From Amphiscolops sp. MND2022 (Eukaryota), in contig OZ076409.1 of NCBI GenBank assembly GCA_964187785.1, positions 15,626,001-15,690,000 on the forward strand: a stretch of 64,000 nucleotides of DNA, given 5' to 3'. Under the pieces are notes generated by a model. The model saw only the letters and a program-made list of their open reading frames with translations, made no database searches and was not told the origin of the DNA. Below, one piece after another: positions 11,701 to 23,700 of the stretch. Every line of letters starts with the position of its first letter. Positions within the stretch are counted from its first letter, which is position 1. Both the position numbers and the translations under genes were made by a program.

Positions 11701-14700
11701 TTAAGCTTCATTGACTCAAGCTAGATCAGACCCAAACGAAATCTCTGTCCAAGTGAAGATTATGACAAGCAAAGGATATATTTTCGCTTTGACGTTTGTG
11801 TCTGTATAGGTACAGGATGGTGATTATAGATTAATACTCCAAAAGACAGTGATTTCGTTCAAAGTTTCCGCTATTTGTCAGTCAAAGCATAGTTTCGACA
11901 GTGATAGTCTACCGAGACCGTTTTCGTGTCAAAAAAGAACAAAAAAATGTTTCTAAAACAGCAAGGGAGTGTTTTGCTTGGTTATGGTATTACTTGGATT
12001 ACTTGGTCAAAATCCAATATGGCCGCGGTACCAACTTCGAATTTTTCCATTTTTCATCCTGGTAAGATTCGATCTTGAAATAATGATACATCTCAGTAAG
12101 ATCTTAATTAGAATTTTGAAATGGGGTTCATGGCCGCCAAGATGTAAGAATTTGACAAGATCTTGTCATTGCAGCCAAGTTGCTAGTAAGAGGGTCAACC
12201 CTGGTATACCATCATATACATGTCTCTCACAACATCAATGTCACGATTTACGTCTTCTTACCTCATCCATATTTATGTCATGAAGATGCAGTTCTGACCT
12301 AATTGATGTGATTCTTTGGTGATATTATAAGTTAGGTCATACAGTTTAAATATTTGAACTGTAGGCATCAATTACTGAAACTGTAGAAAACCTGTTTTTG
12401 ATGTTTTGATTTTTCAGTCAATCTCAACGATGATATTGGTAAGATTCTAGAGGCGCATGCTGCTCTTGTTGTTAGATAGTTGTAGTTTGCCCATTTTCAA
12501 AGTTTTGCCTTGTCAATGATTCTGCATGTCCCTTCTTCATACCATGTTTCATACCATGTTCCTCTTTCATACCCAATAAATTAAGGTTCTCCCACAGAAC
12601 TCAGCTATTATAAAATCAAATCAAGCTCGTAGCATAAGTATTTGTGGAGATATTTGAAATTTTTTGAGAAAAGCGCTCAAACTAGTAAAATGCCTTTTAT
12701 CAACTTTCGACCATTTTATGCAGTTTGTGTAGTTGTTGAATGTTTTAGTGGAGAAGTAATATCCAGAGTTGCACAAAACCATTAGCTGTTTAGTATGTTT
12801 TTCAAAAAAATTGAAGCGTATTTGAAGAAAAAATGCTTGAAAATTGCAAACGTTTTGAACTTTTGACCTTTCAATTCAATTTGCTGCTATTAAAGAATGT
12901 TTTCGCGGGTTTGAATAGCCACAGAGTTGGACGACAAAAAAACTATCTACTTGACATACTTGTTTATAGAAAACTATGAAGTTTTTTTCAAAAAAAGTGC
13001 TCAAAATTCCTCCAATAAGACCCGAGACGCCAGGACGATGCTGCAATGTATAAGCATAGTGAACCTATAGAACTCTCATTTTTACTGAGACTCACGTATA
13101 TCTTTTCAAATTCTTCAGCGATACCATCGGAATTGGTAACTCCAGACAAAAGGTATCCCAGAGTATTGATTCTGTTCTTAATGCATGATTGGGTTTTTTT
13201 GAAAAAGCTGAAAATTCTAGGTTTGGGCTTCATCTGCTCTGCTTAAACATCATTCTATATTCATTTTCAATTTATGTTCATCTTGGGAATAAATTCGTGT
13301 TCTGTTCTCATTTGAAAAACTTACAAATTGACGTCCAATTTCAAGTTTGTCCGGTTTCAGAGGCCGCCGCTTACGATTGGATAGACCTGACAGATTTCCA
13401 GAAACTCATTCTGGTGAAAGTGTTGCGACCAGATGCCTTCATCTCTGCGGTTAGACACTGTGTACGGAAGTCCCTGGGAGACTCTTACGTCACGGGAGTG
13501 CAGCTGGACATGAAGGAAATATACAGTCAGGCTACACATTGCACTCCCCTCATATTTCTTCTATCTCCAGGTTTATTTAAATAAATATTTTTTTTATTTT
13601 GCCTTTTTTGTGTGAAAAAGTGCCCGAGCCATACATAGACAATTTCATCTTTTTTTTAAACTGATGACAAAACTCGCACTGTATGGTCCACCTATCGCAG
13701 ACTGTACGCCTAAGATCTAAATAGTATACAGAAAAGGAAAATGTTCAAATTTTTGAACATTTAAACATTTCACTTTCATTTTCTCAATTTTTTCCACCAA
13801 AGGTTCCTGCTTTGGTTTTTATGTTTTCAGATACAAAAAGTTTTGCTTGCGTCGAAAGAGTGCCTTTTGGATATTTTTGGCCTGTGAGAGATCCAAAAAT
13901 TTTCTCAAAACAACTTGAGCATATCCAAAAGACTGTTTTTAAAAGTTTCAAGAGCCCTAAGAGGACGCCGGCTTGAGACGTTCCCGTTTTGTTTGGGCTT
14001 CATTTCATTTTTTTCATAGTCTATAATATCTTGATGTATTTTATCCGTGTCCTCAAAAAACGCCCATGGTGCGGTTTCAGAAGTGGCAACGGCTATTGCC
14101 CTATACGGTGACAACAAAATTTAGCGTATTTGTCGTTTGATCATTTCTTTTCAATGTTATCATTCCTCGCAAATATCTGTTTTTAGTGGGCGCTTTTCTT
14201 GAAAAGAGCCGACTATAGTCATGGCTTTTCGTCAGTGTTTTTTGGTAATTTTTTTTCGATACACCTGAAATGACCAAAATAGTTCTACCCCAAAAGTTCT
14301 ACAAAATTTTAAGAAGCCGCCAAATTGTACCCGTTGGCCCAAGGAACTGAACCAAAAAGGTTTCCCGCGTAAATACAATACCGGACGAGACCAGAGGGTC
14401 CCCCTTTCAGTTTTTTTCGGCATTGCGAGACTTTTTTTCAAATTTTTATTTCATAAAAGGGTCCCCAATTCGCCAATAGTTTGACATTTAAAGTCCTTTT
14501 GCTATTTTTGAGCCTTTGATATGGCGCCGACTTGCGCCGGTTGCGGCTTGTTAATATTACGTCTGTCTATTCATATTGAAGATTGCCCATGGTGAGATAA
14601 TCGTTGTAAAAATAGAAGAACTTTTGAAGCTCTCTATCGAGGACTCTGATTGAAATTTGTCCTTATTGTCTCTCTTTAAACAAACAAGCCGAGAACGGCC

Positions 14701-17700
14701 AAAGTGGGCGCCATATCTAAGGCTCAAAATTTAAAAGGGGGACCCTTCGGGCTTTGTGAAACTCCAGCTAGTTGCAAAAAACTTAAAAAATTGAAGGGGG
14801 GACCCTTTGGAGACATGAAAAAATTTCCAAAAAAAATTTAAATGAGATTTTTGAACAGTGTCACAGTGCCGAAAAATGTAAAAGGGGGGACCCTTTGCGA
14901 TTTTTTGACATCCATTGTGTTGCAAAATATCGAAACAAATGAAGGGGGACCCTCTGGTGCAATCCAAAGAACTTCGAAAAAAGTCGCATAGTGCCGAAAA
15001 AAAGTGGGGCTAAGGTGGGATCTTTAGTGTGTTTTCGAGGTTGTGGACGTCTGTTTTGTTTTTTCTTTTCGTTTTGGACGCGCTTCTGAGGTTGGAGTTG
15101 TTGAGGTTTGAAGTTGTTGAGGTTTGAGGTTGTTGAACAAATGAACAAAAAAGTGGACCTTTCGTGTCTAAAAAAACTACCCACTGTAATAGTCGGGCAC
15201 ATTTTCTAAAATGCGCCGACTAAAAACGTCTTGAAAAAGTTGCTTTCAAACATTCTTGAGAACGCTATATACGGCAGCCGTTTGCGGCAGGAGCCTTGAC
15301 ATATTCTTTATACGACAGTAGTTGCCGTATACGGCACTTTAGCCATCCGTGTTCATGCGTCGTTATTTTTCGCCCTGTTAATGAAATCTATATGCGGATA
15401 GCGTATTTGACCTATTAACAAACTTTTTTTGACACTTTGACTAACCATTTACCGGTGACGATGACCTTGTCCATAGAATTTAATCACGCCATAATCATTG
15501 ATAAAAATGATTGGTATTTTTGATCAATTTTAGGCACTTTCTTTTAACAATGCAGATTTTTCTTGAAAAGTAAGCTAAGAAGCTAATTTTTTTTTCTCTG
15601 ATTTCTTTGAATATTCATAAAAAAAGAAGTTAATTTTACTGGATGTACCAAGTCGTACCCACGGGAAACATTCCAAAATCGTACCAAAGTTAAGTAAAAC
15701 TGACAAAAATGAAAAGTAGTCAATTGTAGCGAATTGTTTTTGGAACTATTTGGATATTCATATATGCGGAAACATTCGAAAAAAGCTGCTGTAAAAATAT
15801 TGCATAAGTCGGTCAAAAGTTTGAAAGAAAAATTGCTGTTTTGGAGGCATTTTGCCACTTTTTTCAAAATAAGTCAAAGTTTCTCCTTGAATACATATGC
15901 TAGGTACCTAATTTTACGATAGCTCAAATCTATGGAACAACCATTATCTTCTGGATATAAAATTGGAACATGACAAAATAAGGGAAACAAAAGTTTGGAA
16001 AGTAACTGTTCTCTACACAGTTGAGTGCCATTTTTTACGCGGAAATGTTTCGGTATTTTGTTTTGTCTCGTTGGAAATCTGCTGGTAATATTTTGAATCG
16101 TTTTGATTGCAAGCAATAATGGTCCTAAAATGCTTTTCTGTGAGGATACTTTCGAAGGTTTTTGAATAAGGGAAGTTGTTGATTTTCTGTTTTTTGTGTG
16201 TGTTTAGGGTCCGATCCAGTAGCCCAGCTGATGAAATTTGCGGTTGAGGAAAAAGAGTCGGCGCTTCACATAGACATGATATCACTGGGGAGAGGACAAG
16301 GTCCCAGAGCCGAAGAGTTGATCAATAAAGCCCAGATTCTGAAGAACCGATGGGTGTTCTTACAGAACTGTCACCTTGCTGCCAGTTTCATGTCCAGGCT
16401 ACAGGAAATAGTTGAGGGGTCAGTCTTCTATGTATGCAGATGTTTTTAGTCTGCGCTTTATGAAATAAAACGCGACTATTATAGTGACCTTTCATCGTGT
16501 TTTTTTTAAAATTTCAATCCGACCTGAGTGACCATAAAAATTGAAGGAAAACGCGAATTGATTGAAAAGGTCTACCCATTCATATTTTGACGAACGTAAT
16601 TATTATCATATTATAGCAAAAAAGCACTTTTTAAAGTAAACATTTCTCAGAGAATTTTTTGAGCAACAAAATTTCATTGTCGATTTTGTCTCTTCAAGGC
16701 TCAAAATTCAAGTGGCTTTCAATTCAACATTATGTTTCAATGGTTTCGTTTGAAACACTGGTGGTGCACGCAGCCGACGTTTACTTTTCCAGGTTTTCGA
16801 GACCCAACGCAGATGTCGATCCAAACTTCCGACTGTGGTTGAGCTCCCGGCCTAACTCCTCTTTCCCTATCTCCATCCTTCAACAAAGCTTGAAAGTGAG
16901 CAACGTTTTTGTTCACTCATCAGTTTCACTGAAAACAGTTTAAGTGCTAGTTCCTGGTTGAAGTTTTACCTTCTTAGCAGGTGAAAATTTTTCATTTTGA
17001 TTGCTAAAAACGGTACAGAATGATAACTTGGACCTACGGTTAAAGTAAAAATAACCAGGTTTAAAGTAATTTTAATTTAAAGAAGCGTACGATTGAGTAC
17101 GTTTTTCATCCTGAAACAAAACTCTTAAATTTACCATTCGTTTTGGTCCCATTGGAGCGCATGTTAAATTATCTCGATTCCCGTTCCAGATGACAATCGA
17201 GAACCCTCAAGGAATCAAAGGTGCCATGGGCCAAATTTTTGGCACCGGTTCTACGGCTGTGGTTACCGACAGTGTTTGGAACAAGCAGGAAAACAATCCA
17301 AACTCGCCTTGGCGAAAGCTGCTGTACAGTTTATGTCTATTCAACTGCGTTGCAGTGGAACGTAAAAAGTTTGGAGCTTTGGGATGGAACCTGCCGTATG
17401 AGTTCACCCAGAATGATTTGGATGTGGCCATCTTGCAACTGGAGACGTTTTTGGGCAACATTGCCAGCACCGATCGGATTCCCTGGCACGCTTTGTTGTA
17501 TGTAACCGGAGAATTGGTGTATGGTGGACGGGTCACCGATGACTTTGATAGAAAATGTCTCGCTACCTCTATCCGCAGTTTTTACACCCCAAGTATTTTA
17601 GAGGAAAACTTTTGCTTCACGGCTGATCAGGTTAACTTCACTGCTACACTATTAGGTTTACCAACAACCAAAATTAGCAACTTTCGATAGCAAAAATTTT

Positions 17701-20700
17701 AAAGGTCAGTTTTTCCAAGAATATGCATTTAACGAAAATATCCCAAAAGTGTCTCAAGTTCTGACTCGAGAGAATGGAAGAAAAAAATTGGTTGTTATGA
17801 AACTTGATGAGAAAAACAAAACTTCTCCGTACTTTTTTCCGGGAGTTTTCGAACTTCTCCGAACATTTTAACGAAATAGCGGAAAACTACTAATTGTGAG
17901 CTAAATCGGCGAAAACAAGTTCTGTAGGTTTGACTCTTTTATCTAAATCTTACTTCTATAACATCACACGAGAAAAAAACGGGTTTTTAAAATATTTTGT
18001 GGAAACGCAAAATATTGAAAGAGTGGACACGCAATTTTTGTGGTATCATTTTATTGGTATCAAAACCATGTCTCTGATTATTTTTCTTTGAAGTGAATTC
18101 TTTCTCAAAAACTTAGTTTATGCGATTCAGTATTTAAAAAACTGTTTTCATAAATGAAAGGTATTTTATAATTTCAGGTGTACAAAATAGTGGATAGTGA
18201 CCAGCAGTTACCAGATGTTCGAAAACTCATTGAAGAACTACCGGCCGATGACAAGCCTGAAATTTTTGGCATGCATTCTAACGCCGACAAGTCGTACCAG
18301 ATCAGCATGTGCCAGTCTCTTGTGGACCAGATGAGATCGCTGCAACCTAGAATGGCATCTGGAACTATCAGGTAAATTAAAAGCGCTGACATTTTCATCA
18401 GAGTTTTGACACCGTTAGTCGGCGATTTAGCGAATTAGCGGCGGCACAGAATTTTTTCAGTGATTCTATTAGCAATTCAAATCAGCGGCAATTAAAAGAT
18501 TGTCCAAATTCAAAATTTCCTCGGAAAATACTCGGAATTTCAAAATGAACTTCGAAAAATTCCAACTCCTCATCTGTATAACCGAGATAGTATAAAAACT
18601 AGCTTTTTTCTTACAAAAATTGAATTCAGCTATCGTTTATATTAAAAACATTCTTGTTCTGAAAGTTTTTCAGCGAAATTGCGCTTTTGGAAGTAGCGGA
18701 AAAATTAGCGATGTCAAAACTCTGATTTTTATTCAAAAAATGACGAGGGCATTTATGAAATACTAAGTGCTTGTTATTTTTTCTATTTGTCACCTCTGTT
18801 GGCAATTGTGAAAAAATATGATTCGGATCTGAAAACTCTTCGATTCGCTCTTATTCGGCTGAAAGATAGGTAGTAAAGATAGGTAATACTGCTGGATTTA
18901 TTTTGCGTTTTCTCGGAGGTGCACATCAAGACGAAGAAATTGTTTTGAAGGCTAGTTTTTCGGTGAAATTTGCGGTAAACAAATGGCGTTTACTTGCACA
19001 CAGAAATTTTTAGAAAGCACTTGAGGCTTGAGCGCTGAATTGCATTGACTTTTTTCATTCAAATTCAAATTTGTTCTCATTTTTGTCAAGATTTGAATTT
19101 TTTGTTCAGTGCTGGCAAAAGCGACGAATCCATAGTGCTGGGAATGGTGAACGAAATGTTGTTCAAACTGCCGGAGATTGTTGAGCAGGGAACCGCTCTG
19201 GTAGGGATAGACAAGCAACTGTCCAGCCAATCACCCAGATCTCAAAACGTCATCAAAGAAGCCACCCAACTGCCAAACACTGTTGCGGGATTGGCTAAAT
19301 TTGTGAATGACGTCAAAACTGCGTCACAGTTCTCCAAGAAACCAATGGGAGGTACAGAAACTAAGCAATCATTTCATTATACAATTTACCTTATATTATA
19401 TTTATATTATACGATTTAGTCTCAGGATGTTTCAACATGTTCGATGAATTTCAAGATACCTCAAGTCTATTTTGATGAGCGAATTGAATTTTTAGTCGCG
19501 GAAAGCAATCATTACATTGCAATTATTGAGTCATAATGTTGTTATGGATTACAATTTTGTTCGGAGACCTAATTTTATTATAAACCTCGCCAGAACACCG
19601 AGAAGTTGAGAAATTGACAAAAAATTGGCAACATTTTTTCAAAGCTTAATTTCAAATGCCGGTCGAACTCTTTGCTGGAGCTTCCTTGAAAAAAACTTCT
19701 ATATGCGTTTTCAATGGTGGCAAACTATGTTACTAGAGTGTGACTAACTTAGCAAACAATTGCTGTGTTATTGAGGAAAGGCCAATTTTCTGAAAAGTAT
19801 TTTTTTGCAAGTTTTCACTTTTTTCCAGTTACTTTTTTGCCGGTGGTTCGGAAAATGAACTCTATTGACACAAATAACAACTCGCCCTAGGTAGTCCAAT
19901 AGATTGTTGATAAGAAAAACAAATGTTCGTTTTCCTATGTTTTTTGCGTTTCGTAAATTTTTTATTGATTGTGAAAAAAAATCGCTGTCCTCATTTGGGG
20001 ACAAAAGCACTGTCGAAGTTAAAGCATGACATCAATTAGCCGTTTTTATTATTTCCGAGAAGTATAGCCTGAGTTTCTTTTCGCAGACGTGGAAGCCGTA
20101 GCTTCGATCAGCCAGGCAGCTTTGGTGACGTGTCTAAGACAAGAGATCGACAGGTTCAATCGTCTGCTAGCTGTGATTAGGACGACCTTGACCTCCACTC
20201 AGCTTGCCATCCAAGGAGTGCAGGTCATGTCAGAAGACCTCGAAGAAGCCTTCAGCGCTCTGCTACTTCTCAAAGTGCCTAAAGCGTGGAAAGTTAGTGC
20301 ACTGAGACCACATCGCAGTAAATGCGATTTTTTCAAGACCTATTTATTGACCCCTATTGTTATCTAATTTTGATTGGCTACTCCAAGTCTTGAGCTAGTT
20401 TAATCAATTCTCGTAGCCGCGAGCTGGCATTTTCATTGAGATAAGAAGCGCACCAGTACAGTACTGTGAATAATAAAACGTCCCCCGAAATTTTAGAAAA
20501 CATCAGACATAAAAGTTTCCTAGAATTTCATCTAGTTCACATTAGTATTTTTTAAATTTCTGAGACAAAAATTAAGAAAGTTACAAATAGCTGATTTTGA
20601 GCAAAATTGGGACTTTTTGCCGTTTTCTTTTCAATTTTTGACCGTTTTATCCACAGTTTTTTGACAAGTTTTATGCTCAATTAACTCCCACAAATCACAA

Positions 20701-23700
20701 ATCTACTGAATCTAAGGATATATTTTGATTTCAAAAACGATCAACCGTTTTCCAAATATCATGCTCGAAAGGTAAAATTTCGTGGATTTACTGTATTAAG
20801 ATAGGAAATTTCGCGGCGAAAAGTGATTATATTTTTTCATTTAGAATGTTTTTGAAACAAAAAATATATAATTGAATTCTATACAATCTGCAGAATTCGA
20901 TGAATTTAAAATTTTCATAAAATATTTCAAAAACATGCTCAAAACTGGGAAAATAACAGAAGTGTTCATTCTGCGTCTAAGATTTCACTCGATGCGCCAA
21001 TCAAAATTGAAAGTGAGACCAAATAAGCAATTTTAATTGGTTGATAACGACGCTCAGCGCATAGGGAGACGATTACTTAGTCACAGTACTGTATTTACAA
21101 TTTTACGCCGAGGTCATTGAGATGAAGCGAACGAGTGTTAATTATTCGCGCGCCGAGAGCTTCGCCTGCATCCAAATTCGAATGCGAAACGTCATACGAA
21201 TGCGAACTTAGTAGTTGTATTTTCTTTGGTCCAAGAAGAATCAACGGTGTTGTAAACTGGTGCAGTGATTAATTGTGCGCTATATAATGAATTAACAGGA
21301 GTATATAGTTATTTCAGATATTTTTCAGTTTCAGGTAATTTCAGTTTTTATTATTGAACTTTGAAGTTAATGGTCATGGTATCCTGAAGCAGAAATATTA
21401 CTGTGCCCCGCAGGGGCCTATTTTGTTTCATTCTATTCTTTGTTTCATACTACCATTGTGTAACTAACTCAATGTTTTCAGGCAGTGGCATACGAGAGCT
21501 GTGCAAACGTGTCTGCGTGGGTGAACGACTTATGTCTTCGGGTTGAGTTCATGGCCACCTGGTCCGAGATGGTCATCGCCTCTGCCCAGGTAGCCTACAG
21601 CGGGGGCAAGCTCACAAACTCGGCCGATCCCACTTCCACTGTTCGACTCATTCCCAGAAGTTTCTGGCTACCTGCTTTCTTCTTTCCGCAAGGTTGCACA
21701 TTCTTCTCCATTAAACCTTTTGAAATGATGATAACTAGTTGCTCTGTCGACTTCAATTGGCCAAACGGTTGGGATAGATAATTCAGGAAAAAGCTACAAT
21801 CTACATGTAATAAAATCAATAAAAATGTGACAACGACTTAGGGATCTTTCCTGTTAATAACATACCCCTCCCCTACTAACACACACCGATTTAACCCCCC
21901 AGTTAAACGGTCAAGTGAAAGTATCATTGCATCAATAGTAACAACCAATCGAATTGCAGTATTTTATAACTCTAACTGCTACTGAAACTTCACTGATACT
22001 GGGGGATTAAAATTTTCGCGCTTAGGGGGGATCAACAAAAAAGCTCCCGACTTAATTTCATAATTGTTTTCCACATGCAAATGTTTCCCAAGTTTTGTGT
22101 AATGAGACCGTTATTGGTGCTGCAAGAAGACTCTGCCGCTTGCAGCGTATTGCACCCGCAAACTGGTTACCGATAGGTCCCTTACAATCATGGGCATATA
22201 ACAAAATTTGTTCATCATGCTAAATTGGGTTTGAATTCACGCTTTTTTGTTTCCAAAGAGAGAAGTACGTTTGTAAAGACCGGGAAGAATTTTTTGCTGC
22301 ATCATGTAGCTGAAAACGGCCGGTCTAAAAGAGTTATTTTGTGTAGCATTATACTGTAGTTATAATAATTTCCGGCATGGTTAAAAAGTGCTCCAGTATG
22401 CCAAAATGCTAAAAAATCAGGAGTAAATATCTCAAGGAGTGCTTTTCGTGGCATTTTTTCGATGAATCTGTTCATATTCTGAGCAACATTCAAGCGTCTC
22501 GTCCGATATTCTCCAAAATATTCTAACAAATAATAAATAGGCATGAAATTTTGATGAATGATTTTCAGAAAAGACAACTTTGGCCGCATACCTCAAGCGA
22601 CTTCCGGTATTGTGCCAGAAAACGACTCTATTCGGCAAAAGCTGCAATTCTGTCAATGCCAGAAATATTTCTTCCCAGTAGAAACTACTGTCAGAAACTT
22701 TGTTTTATTTCAGAAAAAAACGTGTATCAGTTTAGATTTAATTTTTGAATATTGTACATCAGCATAGTCTAACTGTTTTGGTCAAGATGCAACAAGATGC
22801 AAGACGTACCATTTCTTCTGAGGCTAAAGTAGACCGTTCTAGTCATCTCGACAATTTCAGAGTCATCTTGTTCAGAAGATTTCCTGGTAAAGTTTTGAAA
22901 ATCAGAAAATTGTGTTTTTTCAGGTTTCATTACGTCTGTGATGCAACATTATGCAAGAGCTTCTCGTTCGTCTATCGATTCGTTGCAGTTCAAGTTCGTC
23001 GTCACTGATTTTCCCGGTGCAGTCGATCACATCAAGAGACAGGTTTTGGAGGTTTGTGAACAATTTTAAAAATTACTACAGAAGGCATCATTTTGCCCCA
23101 CGACAGACTGATGGGAAGAGTTTTCGAGAGCTAGTTTATAGCGAATTTTTAGGTTCTGCTCACGATGCTTTGTGAAATGTCTCTAAGAAGTAATATTTTA
23201 TCTTTGGTATATTTTTTTGAAAAAAAAACACCCTTTGTTACTTTCAATACTTCTTGACAGCCATGAAGTTTATACCATTGTCTGACTCTAAGATATCGGT
23301 GCGATTTTAGTTTCTCGAGCTGTCAGGTTTTTGAGTGATATCCGAATTTTGTCAATCCCGATGTTAGTGTATCGGCTTAGGTTTTCCTTGGTAATTTTGC
23401 TTCTCCATTAGATTCGTGTATGAAAAGTTTCTCTTTTTCAAGACGGCAGATGTCATGGATGACGGTGTTTTGGTGTTCGGTCTGTTCCTGGATGGCGCTG
23501 CGTGGAACGGCGAGTTGCAAACATTGCAGGACCTGCCAGAAGGTGTCAGATTCAGCACCCTTCCAGAGCTTCACGTCATTCCAGAACAAGTGAGTCATCT
23601 TTTTGTTACCTTTTGGGTCATAGTCATGCTGCAGGGTACCGGAAACGTGCTAAAATAGTATGTGTCAGTCAACAAGTCGGGAACGGCCCAAATCGGCGCC

